Source: a candidate division WOR-3 bacterium
GTDB taxonomy: Bacteria; Hydrothermota; Tepidihabitantia; SM23-42; JAOAFX01
Direction: 5' to 3'
NCBI GenBank assembly: GCA_039802265.1
Contig: JBDRWI010000023.1
Coordinates: 1 to 32,904, forward strand
DNA length: 32,904 bases
A program made the translations under genes and the position numbers. Below the pieces are notes generated by a model. That model did not search any database, was not told where the DNA came from, and saw only the letters and a list, made by a program, of their open reading frames with translations. Below are positions 27,863 through 32,904 of this stretch, one piece after another; position 1 is the stretch's first letter, and each line of letters begins with the position of its first letter.

Positions 27863-30800
27863 ATGCAAATCTTACTAATAACTTATCTGTTCTGGACAGT
27901 GGACCCTTATCTGATTTCCCAAAAAAGTGGAACATTTACACCACCGTATCTGCAGGAATATAACTACATCTCAATTGCCGGATACCTTTTCAACCCCAGA
28001 GAAAAACTCCCGGAGATTCCGCCAGAATTAACAGGTGCTTCTGACTATTGCCTTATCCATTTAAAAGGTCCTGTATACGAGGGAATGAAGCAAACAATAG
28101 AATCTTATGGTGTTAAACTGATTCAATATGTTCCCTTCAACGCATTCATTGCCAGGGCTGATGCATATAAAAGGGAAATAATTGCCGCTCTGCCTTTTGT
28201 GAATTGGGTTGGCAATTATGAGCCAGCATATAAACTTAGCACATCTCTTAAAGAGCATAGCAATGCCACCAAATTCAATGTTCAGATATTCTATGATGAA
28301 GACGAATATGCAGTGCGGAAGCAATTACAACAAATGGGCTGTGAAATTGTAGAGGTCGCTGTTGACCCCTATGTCAAGATTATTGTCCTTGAAACCAGGA
28401 TTGAAAATTTACCAAATATTGCCCGGCTCTCAGAGGTAATGCATATTGAACCCTGGTTGGAGCCAAAGCTTGTCAATCAGAACGCCCAGTGGGTAACCCA
28501 GACCTGGAAGCAGACCTATCGCCGGATATGGAACAAGGGCTTGATGGGACAGGGTCAGGTCGTAAATACCGCCGATAGTGGAATCCTGACAAGTCACAAT
28601 ATGTTTCGGGACCCCGCAGTTCCGATTAATAATTGGGGTAATTATCCAACGCACCGCAAGATAATTGCCTATCTACAACCAAGCGGTTCTTCCTCTGTCT
28701 TTGGTGACAATGCCGCAAACAGTTGGCATGGCACTCATACCGCAGGTACCATCTGCGGCGACGATTCTTATGTCTCAGGAATAAGTCCAAATGATGGTAT
28801 GGCACTTCAGTCAAAGATGTTCTTTATGGACATCGGAACCGCAAGTGGACTTTCGGTTCCCGCTACATTGAGTAATCTATATCAGCCCCCCTACAACGGA
28901 AATGCTGGTGGTGCAGCACGGGTCTCTTCCCATTCCTGGGGCAATACCAATTCTTGGGGTGATTATAACTCCTATGCCAGCCAGACCGACCAATTTATGT
29001 GGAACAATCGGGACTTTGTGATCTGTTATGCAGCGGGCAATGATAGCACCCTTGGTGTCTTATCACCGGGAACATCAAAGAATGTTATCACCGTTGGCTC
29101 AGTCAGGAATGGCTTTGATGCAATATATGTCTCAAGTTTCTCAGGTCGTGGTCCCTGCGATGACAACCGCTTAAAACCCACGGTGACAGCACCAGGGGAA
29201 TTTCTTTGGTCTTCCGCTGGTTCCGCAAACACCTTTTATTTAGGAATGGCAGGAACAAGTATGGCGACCCCCTGCGTGGGTGGTGATGCAGCACTGGTAA
29301 GGCAATACTTTGCAAAGGGATTCTATCCTACCGGCGACTCAACACCCGCAAATCAGTGGTCATTCATACCCGCATCCTTAGTCAAGGCAATGATTATCAA
29401 CAGTGCCCATCCCCAACTAAGCGGTTTGACAATCCCGGATAATAATACGGGCTGGGGCAGGGTCTGTCTTGATGATGCCTTGTACTTTAACGGTGATGTT
29501 CGTAAACTATGGGTTACCTATGATAGTGTCGCTACCGGACAGTATGATGAGTTCACCATTTCGGTTAATAATCAGTCTGAACCATTGAGGATAACTGTGG
29601 TCTGGACTGACTATTACGGTTCATCCGGACAGAATCCAGCAATAGTAAATAATCTTGATTTGACGGTAACGAGTCCGAGCGCAACCACCTATTTGGGTAA
29701 TGTCTTCAGTGGCGGACAATCAGTACCTGGTGGCACTGCTGATAACCGGAATGTTGAAGAGTGTGTGATTCGGAATGTACCGGAAATGGGGAACTGGACG
29801 ATTAGAGTAACCGGCACCAATGTACCTCAGGGCACAAATCAACCGTATGCCGTTGTCGTCTCAGGAGGGCTCGGTTCAACATCAACCGCGGCACTCCATT
29901 TCACGGGTCATCATATCTATGACCCTCCGCCAGCTAATTGGAATGGTAGATGCGACCAGGGAGAAACAGTCTATCTTACTGATACCCTGAAGAATCTCTC
30001 GGGTCTGGCAGTCACCAATTGTGTGGGCGTACTCCGCACCTCAAGTTCCTATATCACCCTGATTGATTCCAATGGAACATTTGGAAATATCCCTGTCGGT
30101 AGTACCGCGCATAATGGCTCGGACCGCTTCATTTTTTCAATCTCGGCATCTACCCCAGCGGGAACCTGGGTCTCCTTTATCCTTCATCTAACCGGCGATG
30201 GTGGTTTCACGCAGGATATCACATTTGACCTTCTGGTGGGACAGAGGGAATCATTTGTTATCTGGGGACCGAAGCAGGTTCAGATTGCTCCCGGTGACAC
30301 CCATTTCCTGTATGGTGCTGGCTACAATCCCAGTAATGACCGGCTCTATGTAACAAATGCCTATGAGACCAAAATTTACTACTACACCTCAGATAGTTTT
30401 GCCACCTATTTAGGATACATTCCGGCACCGGATACCTTTGGTACCGATATAAAATACTGCGCCTATGATAATACCTTCTGGTTCGCCGCTGACTGGTCGC
30501 AGGCATATCCTAATGGCAGAAGGATATTCAAATTGAATACGAGTGGAACAGTACTTAGGCAATTCGCAAACCCGGTAACTGATTATCCAACCGGACTTGC
30601 CTGGCTTGAGCCACAACGTCTATTATATCTTGCTGACCGTAGGACAAGCACAATACCGAGTCGTGTCTACCGTTCTGATACCCTCGGTAATTCCACATTG
30701 AACTGGAATGTGCCTGCCGGTGATAGTTTTGGTGCCCGGGGTATGGCAAGGGATCCGTACGGTCCCGATACAACACTTCTTTTAGTCTATACCCACTTCT

Positions 30801-31312
30801 ACAATGGGGCAATTCAGGCAATGAGACTTTACGAGCTCAGGCGCAGCGATGGAACAATTCTAAATCAACTTGACCTTCCTGGCTGGAATGTGCGGGGTGT
30901 TGAATATGACCCAAGGGATGGTAATTACTGGCTCGTCATTGCTCAAAATCCGGCACGCGCACTGGTAAAGATCGTCGGCTTCCATGGAATTCCCGGTATT
31001 GGAATAAGTGAAAAGGGTACACCTGTACAAATGGAAAAAATTATCCTTTCGCCTGGCTTACCCACACCCTTTTCAAAACAGGTGAAATTCACATATTCTG
31101 TGCCGGTTCCGATGCGGGTACAATTGAAACTCTATGATATTACCGGTCGGCTGGTAAAGACATTCGTTGATGGCTTTGTGGAACCGGGTATTAAGACAGT
31201 TATCTGGGATGGTAATGCTGATGATAATAAGAGATGCTCGAGCGGTATTTATTTCTGCAGATTGGATACCGAACATGGCTCTATAGTGCGCAAGGTAGTC
31301 TATACAAGATAG
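27863..31312 (+). CDS. Secreted S8 subtilase (KP-43-like) with propeptide, beta-sandwich and propeller-like domains and FlgD-Ig/T9SS-like C-terminus
   Basis: Catalytic ADSG, HGTHTAGT and GTSMATP, plus AAGN, TGWGRV and VNNLDL. C-terminal LYDITGRLV..WDG..SGIYF. SD AGGAGG. Confidence 0.92.
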   Translation: MQILLITYLFWTVDPYLISQKSGTFTPPYLQEYNYISIAGYLFNPREKLPEIPPELTGASDYCLIHLKGPVYEGMKQTIESYGVKLIQYVPFNAFIARADAYKREIIAALPFVNWVGNYEPAYKLSTSLKEHSNATKFNVQIFYDEDEYAVRKQLQQMGCEIVEVAVDPYVKIIVLETRIENLPNIARLSEVMHIEPWLEPKLVNQNAQWVTQTWKQTYRRIWNKGLMGQGQVVNTADSGILTSHNMFRDPAVPINNWGNYPTHRKIIAYLQPSGSSSVFGDNAANSWHGTHTAGTICGDDSYVSGISPNDGMALQSKMFFMDIGTASGLSVPATLSNLYQPPYNGNAGGAARVSSHSWGNTNSWGDYNSYASQTDQFMWNNRDFVICYAAGNDSTLGVLSPGTSKNVITVGSVRNGFDAIYVSSFSGRGPCDDNRLKPTVTAPGEFLWSSAGSANTFYLGMAGTSMATPCVGGDAALVRQYFAKGFYPTGDSTPANQWSFIPASLVKAMIINSAHPQLSGLTIPDNNTGWGRVCLDDALYFNGDVRKLWVTYDSVATGQYDEFTISVNNQSEPLRITVVWTDYYGSSGQNPAIVNNLDLTVTSPSATTYLGNVFSGGQSVPGGTADNRNVEECVIRNVPEMGNWTIRVTGTNVPQGTNQPYAVVVSGGLGSTSTAALHFTGHHIYDPPPANWNGRCDQGETVYLTDTLKNLSGLAVTNCVGVLRTSSSYITLIDSNGTFGNIPVGSTAHNGSDRFIFSISASTPAGTWVSFILHLTGDGGFTQDITFDLLVGQRESFVIWGPKQVQIAPGDTHFLYGAGYNPSNDRLYVTNAYETKIYYYTSDSFATYLGYIPAPDTFGTDIKYCAYDNTFWFAADWSQAYPNGRRIFKLNTSGTVLRQFANPVTDYPTGLAWLEPQRLLYLADRRTSTIPSRVYRSDTLGNSTLNWNVPAGDSFGARGMARDPYGPDTTLLLVYTHFYNGAIQAMRLYELRRSDGTILNQLDLPGWNVRGVEYDPRDGNYWLVIAQNPARALVKIVGFHGIPGIGISEKGTPVQMEKIILSPGLPTPFSKQVKFTYSVPVPMRVQLKLYDITGRLVKTFVDGFVEPGIKTVIWDGNADDNKRCSSGIYFCRLDTEHGSIVRKVVYTR

Positions 31313-31327
31313 GTAAATCCCGAAGTG

Positions 31328-31369
31328 AAAGGTGGGGTTGGTTAACTTAAGACCAAGCCCCACCTTTTT
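31328..31369 (+). terminator. Rho-independent terminator
   Basis: AAAGGTGGGGTTGGT-loop-ACCAA(G)CCCCACCTTT followed by a T-run. Confidence 0.85.
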
Positions 31370-31421
31370 ATTTTTGCCTCTAATTAATCTTAAATTCAAA
31401 AAACCTAACCAACAATATAAA

Positions 31422-31449
31422 TTGACAAACCCTATATTTTTATTATAAT
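31422..31449 (+). promoter_or_regulatory. Sigma70-type promoter, likely leaderless, for yjbQ
   Basis: TTGACA-N16-TATAAT, 5 nt before GTG 31455. Confidence 0.75.
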
Positions 31450-31454
31450 TAGGG

Positions 31455-31859
31455 GTGATTGAGAAAATAATGATTTCTACTGAAAAGAGATGCCAATTAG
31501 TGGATATAACTGGAGAAATTCAGAAAATAATTAATAAAAATAAAATAAAAGATGGAGTAATCCATATCTTCTGTCCGCATACAACTGCAGCGATTACTAT
31601 AAATGAAAATTATGACCCATCAGTCCAGGAAGATATAACAAATGCACTTGAAAAACTCATCCCCTACCGAGGGAACTATTCCCATACAGAAGGTAATGCC
31701 GATGCCCATATTAAGGCAGCGATAATTGGTTCATCACGAACACTATTCATTGAAAATGGTAAACTTGCCTTCGGCACCTGGCAGGGAATTTTCTTCTGCG
31801 AATTTGACGGACCAAGAACAAGGGAAATATGGGTGAAGATTGTAGAATGTAGAAGTTAG
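31455..31859 (+). CDS. yjbQ: YjbQ / UPF0047 secondary thiamine-phosphate synthase family protein
   Basis: PHTTAAITINEN.DP.V, H.EGNADAHIK, GTWQGIFFCEFDGPR. Confidence 0.92.
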   Translation: MIEKIMISTEKRCQLVDITGEIQKIINKNKIKDGVIHIFCPHTTAAITINENYDPSVQEDITNALEKLIPYRGNYSHTEGNADAHIKAAIIGSSRTLFIENGKLAFGTWQGIFFCEFDGPRTREIWVKIVECRS

Positions 31860-32350
31860 GTGATGAAGTTGGTATGGAAGTTAGAAATAAGAAACATGAA
31901 AAATAGTAAACCGATAAGGAGTTTTAGAGATTTAATAGTGTATCAAAATACTTATAATGCGGCGATAATGGTTATGAAGAAAATCGTTGCAAAATTACCG
32001 GACGAAGAAAAACACGGACTAAAAAGTCAATTATCTCGTGCCTGTAAATCTATTCCTGCTTTGATTGCTGAAGGTTATGCGAAGAAACACCAAAAGAAAC
32101 ATTTCCAAAAATATTTGGATGACGCCATAGGCGAAAGTAACGAGATGATAACACATCTAAGTTTTTGCAAGGATATATATGGGGATTTACTTGAAAATGA
32201 ACTATGTGATAAACTAATTGAGATTTATGATATTGCAGGAAGACAACTTTATATGTTAAGCAAAAAATGGCAAGATTTTAAAGAACGTTAAAAACTTATG
32301 GTTAACACCTTAAACCAAAAACTAACTTCAGTACTCACTTCCTCACCTTA
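31856..32350. repeat. 29-bp imperfect inverted repeat flanking the four-helix-bundle gene
   Basis: 31856-31884 TTAGGTGATGAAGTTGGTATGGAAGTTAG versus the reverse complement of 32322-32350, TAAGGTGAGGAAGTGAGTACTGAAGTTAG: 23/29 identical plus two G-U-compatible differences. Confidence 0.8.
31896..32291 (+). CDS. Four helix bundle protein (23S rRNA intervening-sequence protein / Avd-like family)
   Basis: SFRDLIVYQ, LPDEEKHGLKSQLSRA..SIPALIAEG, F..YL..AIGE..E. Start placed at ATG 31896. Confidence 0.88.
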   Translation: MKNSKPIRSFRDLIVYQNTYNAAIMVMKKIVAKLPDEEKHGLKSQLSRACKSIPALIAEGYAKKHQKKHFQKYLDDAIGESNEMITHLSFCKDIYGDLLENELCDKLIEIYDIAGRQLYMLSKKWQDFKER

Positions 32351-32381
32351 TAACCAATATCAAAATTTTTAAGGAGGTATA

Positions 32382-32904
32382 ATGCATAAAAAACTCTTCA
32401 TTCCCGGACCGACTGAAGTCAGGGATGATATATTGCAGGCACAGGCAAAGCCGATGATCGGTCATCGGTCAAAGGACTTCAGTGCCTTATATGAAGGCAT
32501 TGTCAATAAGATAAAAAAGGCACTCAATACCCAGAATCATGTCATTGTCTTTACTTCTTCAGGAACCGGTATAATGGAAGGGGCAATCAGAAATTGCGTT
32601 TATAAAGATGTTCTCTGTTGCGTCAATGGAGCCTTCAGTGATAGATGGTTCAAGATTGCCAAGGCATGCGGTAAAAATGCGGATGAGATCCGCGTTGACT
32701 GGGGTAAGGCAATCAAACCGGAAATGATCGAAGACAAACTAAAAAAGAAAAAATACGATGCAGTTACATTGGTCCATAATGAATCATCAACAGGTGTGCG
32801 TGCACCAATTGAAGAGATTGCCGAAGTGATGAAAAAATATCCTGATACCTTTTTCCTTGTTGATACCGTGAGTTCATTGATGGGTGATAAGATTGAGATT
32901 GATA
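32382..32904 (+). CDS. Class V aminotransferase (serine-pyruvate / alanine-glyoxylate type), 3'-partial
   Basis: Not in the ORF track. SD AAGGAGG, then MHKKLFIPGPTEV..MIGHRS..SSGTGIMEG..NGAFSDRW..VHNESSTGV..VDTVSS. Confidence 0.92.
   Translation, partial: MHKKLFIPGPTEVRDDILQAQAKPMIGHRSKDFSALYEGIVNKIKKALNTQNHVIVFTSSGTGIMEGAIRNCVYKDVLCCVNGAFSDRWFKIAKACGKNADEIRVDWGKAIKPEMIEDKLKKKKYDAVTLVHNESSTGVRAPIEEIAEVMKKYPDTFFLVDTVSSLMGDKIEID

Noticed and set aside
2070..31399. Numerous short antisense or alternate-frame ORFs in the track
   Set aside because: They are shadows of long, motif-supported genes and have no RBS or family signal.
31896..32291. Diversity-generating retroelement (Avd-like gene)
   Set aside because: No reverse transcriptase or TR/VR repeat pair is seen in the window.
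1..32904. Alternative genetic code (UGA = Trp or Gly)
   Set aside because: Several genes end in TGA (2531, 5281, 8257, 9981) and all other long genes are intact under code 11.
1..32904. CRISPR array, tRNA or rRNA genes
   Set aside because: No regularly spaced direct repeats or recognisable stable RNA signatures were seen by eye.

Overview
AT-rich chromosomal window from an anaerobic, diderm bacterium. The C-terminal FlgD-Ig/T9SS-like sorting domains, TamAB and many exported peptidases suggest a WOR-3-like or FCB-adjacent lineage (inference). Standard code 11 is used. In order it holds: a partial GcvH-like gene, a decayed HEPN/nucleotidyltransferase remnant, a beta-propeller lipoprotein, a minus-strand block (M1 aminopeptidase, transglutaminase-like protein, two small ORFs, C25-like protease, tamA/tamB, MFS, PepC, large secreted propeller protein, MFS, CHASE2 adenylate cyclase, GAF-HD-GYP, DUF362 Fe-S protein), then xerD, buk, an Omp28-like protein, an S8 protease, yjbQ, a four-helix-bundle gene and a partial class V aminotransferase. 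Top finding: the ORF track truncates the Omp28-like gene. It really starts at 26418, has a signal peptide, and reads through an in-frame UGA in a U-G-G-C redox motif followed by a SECIS-like hairpin, so it is a probable secreted selenoprotein. Other notable observations: a 29-bp inverted repeat brackets the four-helix-bundle gene, promoters consistently have 16-bp spacers and often look leaderless, three exported proteins have ~10-aa signal peptides, and one MFS gene lacks a canonical start codon at its conserved N-terminus.
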